From Euglena gracilis (taxonomy: Eukaryota), in the NCBI GenBank assembly GCA_039621445.1, contig CP154954.1, positions 4,392,714-4,456,713 of the forward strand: DNA of 64,000 nt. The letters are read 5' to 3'. The notes below the pieces were generated by a model that worked only from the letters and a program-made list of their open reading frames with translations, made no database searches and had not been told where the DNA came from. Both the position numbers and the translations under genes were made by a program. This document shows positions 1-19,289 of the stretch, in pieces (position 1 is the first letter of the stretch; every line of letters starts with the position of its first letter).

Positions 1-6394
<6,394 letters not shown>

Positions 6395-6465
6395 GGGGAT
6401 GGGGAGCGGCAACGGGCACGGGGCTCAGGGCATGGCTGGGGAGAACGGGGGCAGCGACCCCTGTT

Positions 6466-6670
6466 CAGGGGTTTTTTTTAAGACCGGGGGAGGTCCCCCC
6501 CCCCCCCCACCCCCCCGGGGGGGGGGGGGGTCCCGGGGGACCCACAAAAAAAATGGCCGAAAAAATCGCGAAAAGTGCTAAAATATATCACACCCCCGTC
6601 CGGGGGACCCCCAGGGGGGGGGGATCGGCCGGGCCCACCCCCCCTACCCCCCCCTCCCCCCCCCCGGGGT
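6466..6670. mobile_element. Partial MITE ('family B', CAGGGGTTTTTTTAAGACCGGGG end)
   Basis: Same end and internal sequence at 35877-36020 and 62209-62350, and in inverted orientation at 26690-26840 and 37162-37395. Confidence 0.75.
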
Positions 6671-7306
6671 CCACAACTAAAAACAAACAAATTGACACAG
6701 TCCAGAGTGGTCGCGGCCAACTTCATGGGGCAGGTTGAAGATCCACCACGGGTGGGGAAGTGTGGAAATTATCACCCGACCGGTCCACTTCCTGGCTTGA
6801 TTGGCATGCGATCGCTGTCGCCCCTGCTCCGGGGCTTGCAGCCCAATGCCATGCAATTCATCCACACCACGCCTTTGATTAAGGCCCCGGGGGGTCCACT
6901 GGCTAAAATTTTGGACGAGCTGGGAAAAAATGGACCAGCTAGAACCCCCCTTCCAAGGGGGGGGTCCGGGGGTCCCTCCGACTGAAGAAAAAAAATTCCC
7001 TCTGGTGCTGTGCGCCGAGGTAGAAGTGAGGTTTTTAATGGGGTTTTGGCAGACTTTGTCCAAAAAATGGCCAAATGTGGGCATTTGGCCAGTTTTGGGG
7101 GGTCCCAGAAATCTTTTCGGCACTTCGCGCCAGCAACTGGAACAAAAACTTTCACTGGCTAGCCCTGCCAGCGGATCCCCCCACCTCCCGGGGGGGTCCA
7201 CTTAAAATCCCTCCTCGAACGTCGTTCGAGGTCGTTCGAGGAGGTTCGAGACCCTCCTCGAATGTCGTTCGAGGTCGTTCGAGGAGGGTCCTCAAACGTT
7301 TTTAAG

Positions 7307-8814
7307 CAGGGGCAGGGAGATATTCCGGTCGGCCGAAAATTTTATTCCGGTGTTTTATTCCGGTTTATTCCGGGTTATTCCGGTTTATTCCGTAATTTAT
7401 TCCGGTTTATTCCGGTCAATTCCTGTCTGAATGGACTTCGGATTTTTTCGAAGTACAATTGGGCCGAGGCGCTCACCCGGGCTACACGAATGGGGTTGCC
7501 CCACCCCGCCAAGTGGTCACTTCGCACTTGGTGATGCGGATCATCACATCACATCACAGCCCCGGCCTTTTTGGGAAAAACAAGCCGATGAAAATTGGTT
7601 CTTGGGGTTTTCTCTTGAGGCGGGTCCCTGGCACCGCTGTCTTTTTTTCCTTCCCAAAATTGTCCTGCCAAGTGTCTTAGGCGACCTAACTCGCACTTAG
7701 CTTTGAAACCATGTCTGGGGGCTCCGGCTTCACACCCGAACCGGTGTCTGTGACGCCGGTTCGGGCTTGAAGCTGGCGTGTGGAGGACCCAAAATCAAAA
7801 CTGCCCAAAAGTGCCCAAAATGGTTTGTAGTCATGTGGTAAGCACATCTGGGCAGTTTTTTGGGGGTCTTCTGCCAGAAATTGGGTTTTTTTGTATAACA
7901 ATTTCCATTCGGCCAATTTTGGGGAAATAGAATACCATGCAGCATGGCAGAAATCTAAGGCCATCTGCTGAAAGCCCTTGAGAAGAGCTTTCAATCGATG
8001 GGCAACATGGGAGCTGAAAAAAGGAATTTCGAATTTCCAAACAGGGTCGGAAAATGCGACCGCCGATTTTCAGAGAGCTGTGCAATGTGGCTGAGTTCTG
8101 TCGGTACCAAGCGAAAGGTCTTGGGGCAGGCAAACCTTCAATGGACAGATCGCAGAGCCTAAACCCCCCGGAGTTTTGAACCCTTTCAAAATAGAGCACA
8201 GGCTTAAAAACACCAAAAGGGCCTGTTTCCTGGGTCCCAACAACCGCAAACGATACACGTGCTACCGTGGAAGGTCCCCGCGGAACCAGAGGGCCAAAAG
8301 GGTGGGTTTCACCGCTGGGCTTCAAAAAGAATGCAACGTTGCGCTTAAACGCAATGCAAAAATCAAAACCTGAAGTGCGAGTTAGGTCGCCTGAGAGTGT
8401 TATTACCCCCTCGCTTTGTCCAATGGGATCCCTGCCCCCAAAGATCACAGCGTAGATATTGTTCTAGTTCATGTCCCTTTGGAAAGAACTCAGGGACAAA
8501 CATTCACTAAGTGCAGCCCCACAAGTGGGGATAAAATCCAAACAAAAAATGCATTCAATCAGGGGAAGAAACAGGCAAAGTGAAGGTGTGCTCCTGATAT
8601 CAAATGCCGATTGTGCTATGCTTGCGCTCTTTTGTTGCTCTTGTGGCTTTGAAACCTGAAAGTATCACCTTCATTGCCTTTGTGTCTTGCAGAATTTTCA
8701 AGCTATTGGCTGGCACTTTTATTCCGGTTATTCCGGTTTATTCCGGTTTATTCCGGTTTTCGCTATTCCGGTTTATTCCGGTTTATTCCGGACCGGAATA
8801 TCTCCCTGCCCCTG
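7307..8814. mobile_element. CAG..CTG TIR element with subterminal (TTATTCCGGT)n arrays, inserted into a TTCGAG-repeat hairpin element (~7200-8905)
   Basis: Perfect 24-bp TIR CAGGGGCAGGGAGATATTCCGGTC; flanks share TTTTAAG (7 bp; an 8th position is ambiguous in a T run); arrays at 7341-7417 and 8719-8790. Confidence 0.88.
7676..8395. mobile_element. Nested TIR element with 5-bp TSD
   Basis: TIR CT(T/C)AGGCGACCTAACTCGCACTT (22/23 match); AGTGT at 7671-7675 and 8396-8400. Confidence 0.8.
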
Positions 8815-10461
8815 TTTTAAGTCCCCCCCCTTCCCCCCCTTGAAGGGGGGGCTTAAAAACGTTCGAGGAGGTTCGAGCTCGAACGTTCGAGATCGAACCT
8901 CCTCCTACGGTAAGCCCCCCCGGGAGGGGGCCAGGACTAACTTTTTCAGCTCAATTCGAGGTCCCGTTTCTCGGCGTCTCGCACGGAACAGGAGGTGAAC
9001 CCCTTCCCAGAGGTACCCTCTGAATGCAATGCCGAAAAATGTTTTGGATCCAAATTTGACCACCCAACAGCAGTTAGCTGTCTTCAGACACTCCCATGGG
9101 GGGGGTGGGGCTGAGGGTGGGGGGGGTGAGTGGGTGCTCGCCCTCGTCTTTAAGGAACCTCTGATCGGGCGGGAAAGGGACTGCAAGTGGTCCAAAATTG
9201 ATCATCATTGACCAATCCTGCAGTGCAACCTCCCTCACGTTGGGGGGGGGGTTGCTGCATTTATTCCCGGGAGAGTGTCGCCCCCGAGGAACTGTCAGGA
9301 TCCAGGTGACTGCCCACCTGTCGGTGTTGGAAGATGCCGGTGTCCCTAGTAAGCCTAAGAAAGAACTTGAGATATAGTTTGGTGGTCAATAATATCACCA
9401 AAAAACAACGGTTGCTAGACTGAACCAAAAATAAAACACATTATCCGCCGCCGAGAGGAAAATCAAAGAAGAATGGCAAAGGCAGTTGGTGGTGCTCAAA
9501 AAAAATTGGAAGCTGGGTACAGTTTTGAAACCCCCCATTTTCTTCACATAACAAAAAAAACACAACAAAGAAAGAATACATGTGTAGTACTTCAAGGCTC
9601 AGGTAAAAATACAAAATTTCGATAACACACTTGCTGTGAAAAAAAAAAATACAACAAATCTGCAATTGTAACACTGACCCAGGGTGAAGAATCAGCGAAC
9701 TGTGAATGATTATTGACTGATATCATTTATCTGCACACCCATATACCCATAAAACAAATAAACAGAGCTGACAAATCAGCATGATGATCCTTGATCTTTC
9801 GCTCACAAGCACAAACACAAACAAAAACTCAGGAAAGTCGTCAACTAATGTACAACAATATTGGTGGGTATCGGAACGTCCGCCCTCCCTAATTCCAGGG
9901 GAGGAGTGAAAGCTCCTGCACGTCCAACAAAGCTTGCATTCAGAGCCGGAGCGCATTGATTTGGCTGCCCTTGTTGTGATGCACTCTTCGTTTTTGTTGA
10001 TTTTGTTAAAATGGCACTTCTCTGGAGCATCTTATGGAACAAGGTATTAACCAGTGAGGTAAAAAATTGGTTCAAATGGGGCCTTCATATCATAATTGCA
10101 GAATGACATTTGTGAAATATTTTACGTTGAAGTCTTTTCCCATACGAAGTTAAATATTCCAGTTAAAAAAGTCTTTGCAAACCTGTTTCTGTGCAACAGG
10201 AAGTTCCCCCCCTACGGCTTCACAAAGCTCCTCAAGGTGGGGAAAAATGCTTTTGCAGATCAAAGCGAAGAGGGATGAAGCCAAAACAAGAGCCAGATAA
10301 CTGGGAAATGATTGAGGGACGTTCTCTCAGCGGTATAATATGCGCAGTGGAACTCTCCGTGGTCGACTGCAAAGCAAGGGGACAGAGAAGATAGGGGAAA
10401 TTTAAATGTTTATGCTTATATGTCAATTTAAGATTACATGTATACACACATATAATATATA

Positions 10462-10715
10462 TGGCAGCCATATTCTAAATGCCCCCCGGGGGGGCATTTA
10501 GAGTGTCCAGGGGGAAGTTAACTCTTTTTTGCGTTAATGATGGAATAGGGTTAGGTGCGCAACTTAGGGTTAGGGTTAGGCCTAACTTGTACACCTAACA
10601 CCCTAAGTCACGCACCTAACCCTATTCCATCATTAAAACAAAAAGACTATTTTGACCCCCTGCAAACTCTAAATGCCCCCCCTCGGAAGGGGCATTTAGA
10701 ATATATGGATGCTTA
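10462..10715. mobile_element. Foldback MITE with TGGCAGC end and internal TTAGGG/CCCTAA, in TA-rich context
   Basis: Largely self-complementary; homologous to 46439-46724, with a more diverged relative at ~3165-3652. Confidence 0.8.
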
Positions 10716-13700
10716 TATATTGTGGCCAAAGACAAGGACCTTAAGGGGTATCAGGACAGCTCACACCTACACCGGAGGCAGAAAAAAAATTGCATAAACT
10801 TTGAAAGCGGGTGCATTTTGGCATTTTTTTTGGAATGGGCTTTCATTTCTTCTTTGCAGCATAAATGTACATGCATATTCTCCGAGAAAAGCAACAGCAA
10901 AAATTAATGCAAACAAAAAAAAAACCCAGAAACTTCGAGAAAATGTCACAAAAACATCTTTTCAAAAAAGTGGGGACGTATTGTCCACACTTACGTCTCA
11001 GTAACAAGCAACAAATTTCAAGTAAATTAATCCCATCAACACCAGCTGAGAAATCAAACAGTCTTGCCCACCCACTGAAAAAGTCCAGGAATTTTTCCTG
11101 AGGATGGATGGCCATGTGAAAACATGACAAAACAAAACATGATGCACCAGACAAAAATAGCCACCCCCTGGCGAGGGATTGGCCAGAGTCCAGTAGCGGA
11201 CCTGGGGACAGGGGTTTCTTACCCCTACCCCACACCCGGGGGGGGGGGGATAGGCTGTACGAGAAGGCCGGGTCCCACCCACTGCAGAACCTGGACAAGG
11301 AAAAATTCCCTCGGGACGAAAAGAAATCTGTGGGGATGCCCACCAATTAGTGCAATGTGTGGGCACTGCGTGGCATTACATGGCAGTGCGCGGCACTGCA
11401 GGCCGTTAAACAAACATATAAACAACTTGTTTTTGCCTCATTGGCTGTTTCGGGCCATCAAGGGCAACTCTGGTCGTTTTGTGCGACTTTTTGCCTCCTT
11501 GGGCCAATTTGACCACTTCTGGCTGGAAGTATCGAGCAGTGACCAAAAAAATGCGGTAAATCATTCAAGGTGTTTGCATGCGGATAAAACGGGCTGAAGT
11601 TCCATGCAGTTCCAGCACTGCGGGGTGGGCATCCCCTTTAACATTTTGAAATTGTCGGAAGGTGGAAATCCGCCTTTCTGAAACATGCGGAAAGCGTGGT
11701 TCTGCCTAGTGGGGGGGGGTCGACCTCCCCACCAGCCATTGGGTTTCAGAGAGCAAGGGTCTGTTGATACAAAGCAAGGGTGACTTTAGCCCAGTCTGGC
11801 GGAGCGAAGTGCCAAACGCCAGGCGCTTGGCCCGCCTGCTCATTGCATACAAACTTAGCCCCCCAGCTTTTGACCTTGCCCCCCCCCCCCTCTAGGCTTT
11901 AGGAATTTAGCCTCGCAATTATTAACATGCAAACTTGGCAGTTGGCCCGCCGACTTGTCCCAGTTGGCAGCCCGGGCGAGGCCTGGCTGGCGCCAAAAAG
12001 AGCCCGAATCCAGGTGGATTGGGTTTCTTATCCAAAAACATTTTGAGGCGGAAACGTGCACAACCTTCACTAACATACATTGCTTGACCGTCTGCGACCA
12101 CATTTTGGGGGTACAATCCACAGGAACACTCCCGGGGTCGTTGAGTAAACCCCTGACTGGCGCTGCTTTCGCGCGACCAATGCTGTGATGGCAGGGGATG
12201 GCGGCATGCCCATATGAACGTTAGCACGTGGAAGATTTTAGGCAACATTTGCATAAGTTGAAGAAGAGGGGCTCTTGATGCCAAAACAAATTACCACAAA
12301 AATGCAAAAAAATTCAAAAATGCAAATCGGAAATAAATTCTTTGTACATCCCCTGGGATGTACACTTCTCTGCCAGACGTCAAATGTGCAATGAGTGCTT
12401 TAGGAAAAATGTATTCATTGCACACTATTTCTCATTGCTTCCTTTGCTCGATCAATATTATACTGTACATGCAAATACTTTTCATCCAAAAAAACACTGT
12501 ACCACATTGTACAATACCCCCTTCTTTGAAATTAAAAATTAAGCCCGCCCGCCCTCAAATTGAATTTGGTTTCAAATTGATGGAAGTGCTCCAGGATGAC
12601 CTAGAAACTCTCAAAAAACGTCCCATATTTAAAAAATAATTGAAAAATGGCAAAACCAGCGGTGCACCGTGACCCAGACCCAAACTCAAATGAAATTAGT
12701 CGGCCAACCCTCCTGGTGGGGGGGGGGGGGGCAGTCGCCCTCCCTCGCACAGCCCGCCATCAATAACAAAATCCCTACGTGTGTGTAAGGCAAGGATTCC
12801 ATGGGTAAACACTGTTGTGAACTGTGTTGGGCGAACTCTGTTGATGGGTGCCGTCACATGCAAACAAAAATGCAGAATGTGAAAAGCATACAAAGTAAAA
12901 ATCATAAAATAAAGATGGTTGCTGTTGTAGCAGACGGGCATGCCCGAAAATGCGACAACCCGCTGGTCCACACAGCAGTCGGAGGTGTTCTAGGCATCCG
13001 GGAAGGCTTTCCTGAGGTGCCTAACCAATGATGAAAAGTTGACGAAAGAGCCTCCAGAACACAAATTGCCGCGGTTCCCCTTGAAAGACATTACACGCTT
13101 CAATAAAATCAATAAAAATAATCAATAAAAATAAAATCAGTTTATTTTATTTTTTATTTTATAAATTTTCATTTCCCTCATCGCCGTTGGCAACTACGTG
13201 ACCAGGCTTGGGCAGACACTCCCCCCTCCTGGTTTCAGGAAAGCGTTCGTCCGGGAGTGGCTGCCTATGGCAGCCAAAGGGTCAGTGGTGGTCCGCCAGA
13301 GGGCCGGCGCTGCCGAAGGGAGTGGACGTGGCTGAACGGGAGCCAGCCAATAGGACCGCTTGGATTGAACGAAATTGAACAAATGTCCCGCGTCTGTTGG
13401 GGGGAGAGAGCACCTGGGGTGGGTCCAGACCCAACCACTGGGGTCCCCTGGGGGGGGGGGGGGAGGGGGGAGTTGGTGGACCCACTTTTGGGGGGGGGGG
13501 GGCAATTTTGGGGTCCAAATTTTTCTTCAGCGGTTCACGCTGAAATAGAAGAAAATCCTGCCTCTGGGGATACCCACTCGGGCCGACCCGGGGACCCGCC
13601 CACCCCCCAGGTCACGACAACTAGAAAAAATTCTGGGTTGGTGTGGTAACACAAGAGCATCACCCTTTTTTACATTAACGCAGAGGTGGAGAAAAAAATA

Positions 13701-15897
13701 TAAAAAAATTACCTGAAGACCAGATAAAATAAAATAAAAACTACCTAAATCCTGATTTGTAGGAGACCATCCAGACGACAAATCACATAAAACATTTAAT
13801 CACGTCCATAAAAAGCAAATTGGGGACAGGAGTCGGAGTAAGAAATTTCTTGTTCTTGGGAGCCCCAACACAAAAAAATAAATACAAATTCATTTTAAGA
13901 CCGGAGTTGGTCAAAGAAAACAATAAAAATTAAGCCCTTGGTGGTTTCTAGCAAAAATATATTGAAAAAACAGTGAATTGGAGGTTGGATGTTCGAATCT
14001 TATGCCCTTTTGATGGACCCAAATTTTCGAACCCAGCAGAATTGACCAAAAACCCAAATTCTTTTTTAACTTCTTCATTTGCAGGTGTAAAATAAAAACA
14101 CCAGACAATTGCCGCCAATCCCAGAAATATTTTTTACAACCTAATTCCAACACCCCCCTGTCTGAGAACCGGAAATGACGGGCAAGAACCAGGGGAGGCG
14201 TGCCGAGATATTTTTTTCTGTAAGAAAAAACCGGTGCTTCGCACCAAAAAAGTAAAATTCCCTTAATTTGGCTCACTGTTGCATTTGCAGGCATTTGGAT
14301 ACAAAAACCAATTGTTAACAATATCTTCCAAATCAGGCTTCAGAAAATTTTAAAAATTCGAAAATTTCGAGGAATTTCTCTCAAAAAGGCACACAAAATA
14401 AACCTCCCCAAGAAGATGAACTTTAAAACGCTGGGGAAGAAAAAGGGGGTGCTTAGTCAGGGGAGGGGAGGTAGCACAGGCCCAGGGGTGGAGGGCCGAG
14501 AAGGTTCGCACGCCAAACGGGCATGCCTCTTTGGAGATCCGGGGTGGCCGCTCCGCCTCCTCCCAAGAGGAGGGCGTCAAGCAGACAGTGTGGTCGTGTG
14601 GTAGCTGCGGGCTGTGTGACACGGACCCCAGGCCATGGGTACCTTGTTTGCCTTGTCCTGTATTCCCAACATTTGGATGGTTTCTTTCACAAGGCTTGGA
14701 AGACAACCATTCAGAAAGTGGAAGCCAGATAATTGGGGCGGATTCCGGAAGATGGCCCAGAAACGCCTGAATATGTTGACCGCCATATTCTGTCGGAACC
14801 AGTTTGATACACACCCGATTCCTCGCCCTATGCTGTGGGTGTGGGTCAGGCCTTGTTCTTTGTTCAGCCGTTTGATTGTGATTTATTTTCTGGTCGGAGC
14901 AACTACGATTTTGACTGGCTGTGGCTGGTGAGGCACCCACCCGCCCACTCTTGGCTCCTTGGCCGGACGGACCATTTTTGCTCCAACAGGCCGAGGGCCA
15001 ACTTTGGGAGATGGCCAAATTGGGGGGCACGAGGTGGGGGCATTGAGCCGGGGTAGTTGGCGAAAAACTGCTGAATACCTTCCCGCAGAACAACCCTGTT
15101 TTCCTCACACATTTTTCTTCGGGAAAAATGTGTGGTGTTCTTGTGTATGTTGGTAGTGGTAAATTGTGCATATTCCTTTCTCTTCCAACTCCACATGTGG
15201 TGAAAATTTTCACCGCATTTTATCATAACCAAAAACACCACCTCCATATGTCATTCTCATCTGACCCAGAACCAGAATAACACCATGGCACAGCAGCATA
15301 CTGCCGGGACAGTCAAGGCTGCACTTGGCTGGTATACATATACGAGGCCAGCAGAAGTGGCCTCACCACACCAGTGCTTGCCTATGGGGGGGCAAACAAC
15401 AAAAGATATATATTTTGGTGCTCACAGGAGGCACTTAATGAATTAATATGCAACGTCAACTCTGGCATTATTAAGGGCGATATTTTTGAGAAGACCACAG
15501 AGGGGTTGTAAAATGCGCAGCTATTTTTCAATGCATGGGACGGTTTTCGGGGGAATCCAGTATTGTTCCATGGTCCCCAACCACAGCAGTCCACGAAAAT
15601 CACCCACCAGAGATTCATTCAGAAACACCCCCGGAAAGGTCCTTTCCCAACCTAAACCCACCGTCCCATTTTCCTGGAGAACTCACCCACACGATCCCAA
15701 AGAGTGAACACACACATCGAACCACCCAACCCCAACCACTGTGTGTTTGGGTATGTGTGCATGACAGGTGGAATTATTTGGACCCCCCTCCCCCCTGGAG
15801 GAGCTATCTGGAATTCCCGGGAGGGTGTCCATATGGTTCCTGGTTGCCATATCTATTCTTCAACGGCAGCACTCGCCTGTGTATATACCAGTGGCAT

Positions 15898-15898
<1 letters not shown>

Positions 15899-15985
<87 letters not shown>
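15899..15985. repeat. (CA)n microsatellite
   Basis: Direct inspection. Confidence 0.97.
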
Positions 15986-15987
<2 letters not shown>

Positions 15988-18289
15988 TCGGGGACAGTCG
16001 GAGTTTATTTACTGGGTTAGGGTTTGGGTCCCGGCCCAATTGCCGTGGGGGTCTCATTGTTGGGAATTTAGGGAGAGGTTAGGCCGCATTCCGGACCATT
16101 TTTGGGAGAATTTAGGCCAAATTCCAGCAATTCTTTGGGCAAAACGGGTTAAATCTTCCCAACCGGCCACCTAACTTCCGGTCTTCATAATCGGGGGCAG
16201 TTTTCGGCCCGTCAATCCCAGCCTAACCCCATTCCTATAAGTATGCACATATCCTCCCAAATCAGACAAAAAAACGTGCAATTTCGCCACGCTTCCCAGG
16301 CGAAATGGAACGAAAAGTTTGGACCAGATGGGAACTGTCAGGACCCCCCCCCCTGGAACTATGTGTGCCCCCTGGAGGGGTCCATACAATTGCTAGTATT
16401 AGTATATATGTATATGTATACATGTATATATACACACATTATATGTATACTGTATTTATACATATACATATATACTATATATTACTTTGCATGCATTGCA
16501 TGTTGTATGTATACATTACTCTCTATATTATACATAACATCCATGTATTTATTAAAACAATATGTTTAACATACGTGTGAACGCTACTGGTATAATATAC
16601 GTCCCGCAGGAAGGTCCTGTCGTCAAAGGAGGGGAAAAAGCAAATCAGCTCTTTTCCCCCTCCGGGAACGTCAACAAGCAGCGGAATGGGCCCGACGTAC
16701 GGCACCAAGTGAGGGTTAAAACAGGGGACGGGTCAATGGATGGGGCCAAGAGGGGGAGACGGGTGGGGCGGGCAGACAGACACATCACGAAAGAAAAATA
16801 GAGCAAATAAAAGCAAATTGGAGGCTGCAGCCTCGCTTTGGAACAGGGGCCAACACAACAATTAGCTGTAGGGACTGACAGCAACGGTGGGGACTGACTT
16901 GTTGGATTTCATAGGGCAACTAGGTTCATTGATCTTTCGGTATTGTGTCAGAACAATTTGTGAATACACGTTTTCCAATAAGAAGGTAACCGCTTTCAGG
17001 TGGATGTAAAAAGCCTATCTCATATATTTGTTTTCTATTGATTTTCCAACCTAGAAAACATTGCAATGAGCGTCCATCTCATTATTCAGGCGTTCATTTG
17101 CATGACTCAATACTCAAACTCAACGCTCAAAACTAACATTTTTTTTTATTTTTATATCCTTTCTGATTTCCTTTTTGCTGGTTTGCTGTTTGCTGAATGT
17201 TATACCCGTTTTCCTGATTTGCTGTTTGCTGATTGCTATACTGCAGCTGCATCGCCGGTGGAAGGGATGACAATGTGGCATTTCAGACGAGGCTGGCAGA
17301 TGCCAACGGGGGATTCGTCACAGGGGAGCCAACACCGCGGTCCACGGGACGGGGAACAACTCACAATTCCGAAGGCCGAACGTTAATACTGCGTGCTTTG
17401 TCTGGAGCACGCAGCAGTTGATCCACCACCTTTGATCGGGATTGAAATAAAAAAGGAAAGCAAAAATGCACTCGCATGGTTAAGCTGATTCATTGGTGAA
17501 ACAACGAGCAATATATTATTAAAATTGAATATGGTCAAAAAAGGCAAGGAACATTGGATGAATCATGCAATCCCAGGTTTATACTCAATGAATCAAATTA
17601 ATAATTCTCAGGCAAGCAGTGATGAACTACGAAATTATGGACTCCATTCATAATTTGGCCGTGCACAAAAAAAGACCCATAACAATACAAAATTTACATG
17701 TGCCTTCAAAATGAATACTCACATTGAGAGTTTGATTGAAATCAAAGCAAAGTGTGTTGGGAAAATACACTGGGGAAACACAACGCATCTTGCACGTAAT
17801 TCACACAGGACGAAGTCCACCAGCCCCCACTTCCTGCTTTTGGGTGAAACTAACTCACTGGATCCCTTGCCCATAAGACTACGGTATTGACGCACTCCGC
17901 AGATGGCTGCCACCGCCCCCAACTTCAGCCAAGATGGCTAGTTAAAAAAGGAGACATCCTCCCCACCGAAGCACTTGGGGTGGTGGGCATGTGTCAATTG
18001 GTCAGGAAGGGGTGGATTAAATCAAAATTAGCAGGCTATTTGAGGGGTCGGTTGGGCGCCTGGGCCCGATATGCACCCCCCTCAATATATTTGATAGTTT
18101 TGACCGGAATATATATGTTATCAACTCAGCTGCGTGGCCATCATCCCTTTCTGGAACACTACGTACGGGAAGAAGAACCGCATTCCCTTCCGCACTGCGA
18201 GGGGGCAATAGCCGACTGGCAGGGGGCGCCGCCAGCTTCTGCTTCTTCAGAGCTCCAGAGCTTCGGTACGCAAACATGCATACACGCAT

Positions 18290-18695
18290 ACATGCCCACA
18301 CACATACACACACACACATACATACATACATACATACATACATACATACATACATACATACATACATACATACATACATACATACATACATACATACATA
18401 CATACATACATACATACATACATACATACATACATACATACATACATACATACATACATACATACATACATACACACATACACACATACACACATACACA
18501 CATACACACATACATACATACATACATACACACATACACACATACACACATACACACATACATACATACATACATACATACATACATACATACATACATA
18601 CATACATACATACATACAGACATACATACATACATACATACATACATACATACATACATACATACATACATACATACATACATACATACATACAT

Positions 18696-18726
<31 letters not shown>

Positions 18727-18804
18727 TACATACATACATACATACATACATACATGCATACATACATACATACATACATACATACATACATGCATGCATG
18801 CATG

Positions 18805-18836
<32 letters not shown>

Positions 18837-18991
18837 CATACATACATACATACATACATACATACATACATACATACATACATACATACATACATACATA
18901 CATACATACATACATACATACATACATACATACATACATACATACATACATACATACATACATACATACATACATACATACATACATACAT

Positions 18992-19022
<31 letters not shown>

Positions 19023-19025
19023 TGC

Positions 19026-19094
<69 letters not shown>

Positions 19095-19120
19095 TCCATC
19101 CATACATACATACATACATA
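18290..19120. repeat. Compound (CATA)n/(CAGA)n microsatellite
   Basis: Direct inspection; source of the HTYI/MYVC pseudo-ORFs. Confidence 0.98.
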
Positions 19121-19289
19121 CGACGTGTGTGTCTATGTAATGTATTGTATATGACGTGTGTATTGTATGACGTGTGTATGTATGTAGTGTGTTCGGACAC
19201 CATTCACTCATTAAATCGTAGCACATTTCTGATGCTGTTGTGTTGGACTGCAGTACACGCACGCTTCTTCCCAAAAATGATGAGTACAC

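Noticed and set aside
10545-10625. True telomere or chromosome-fusion site
   Set aside because: Only 2-3 repeat units, embedded in a dispersed foldback element.
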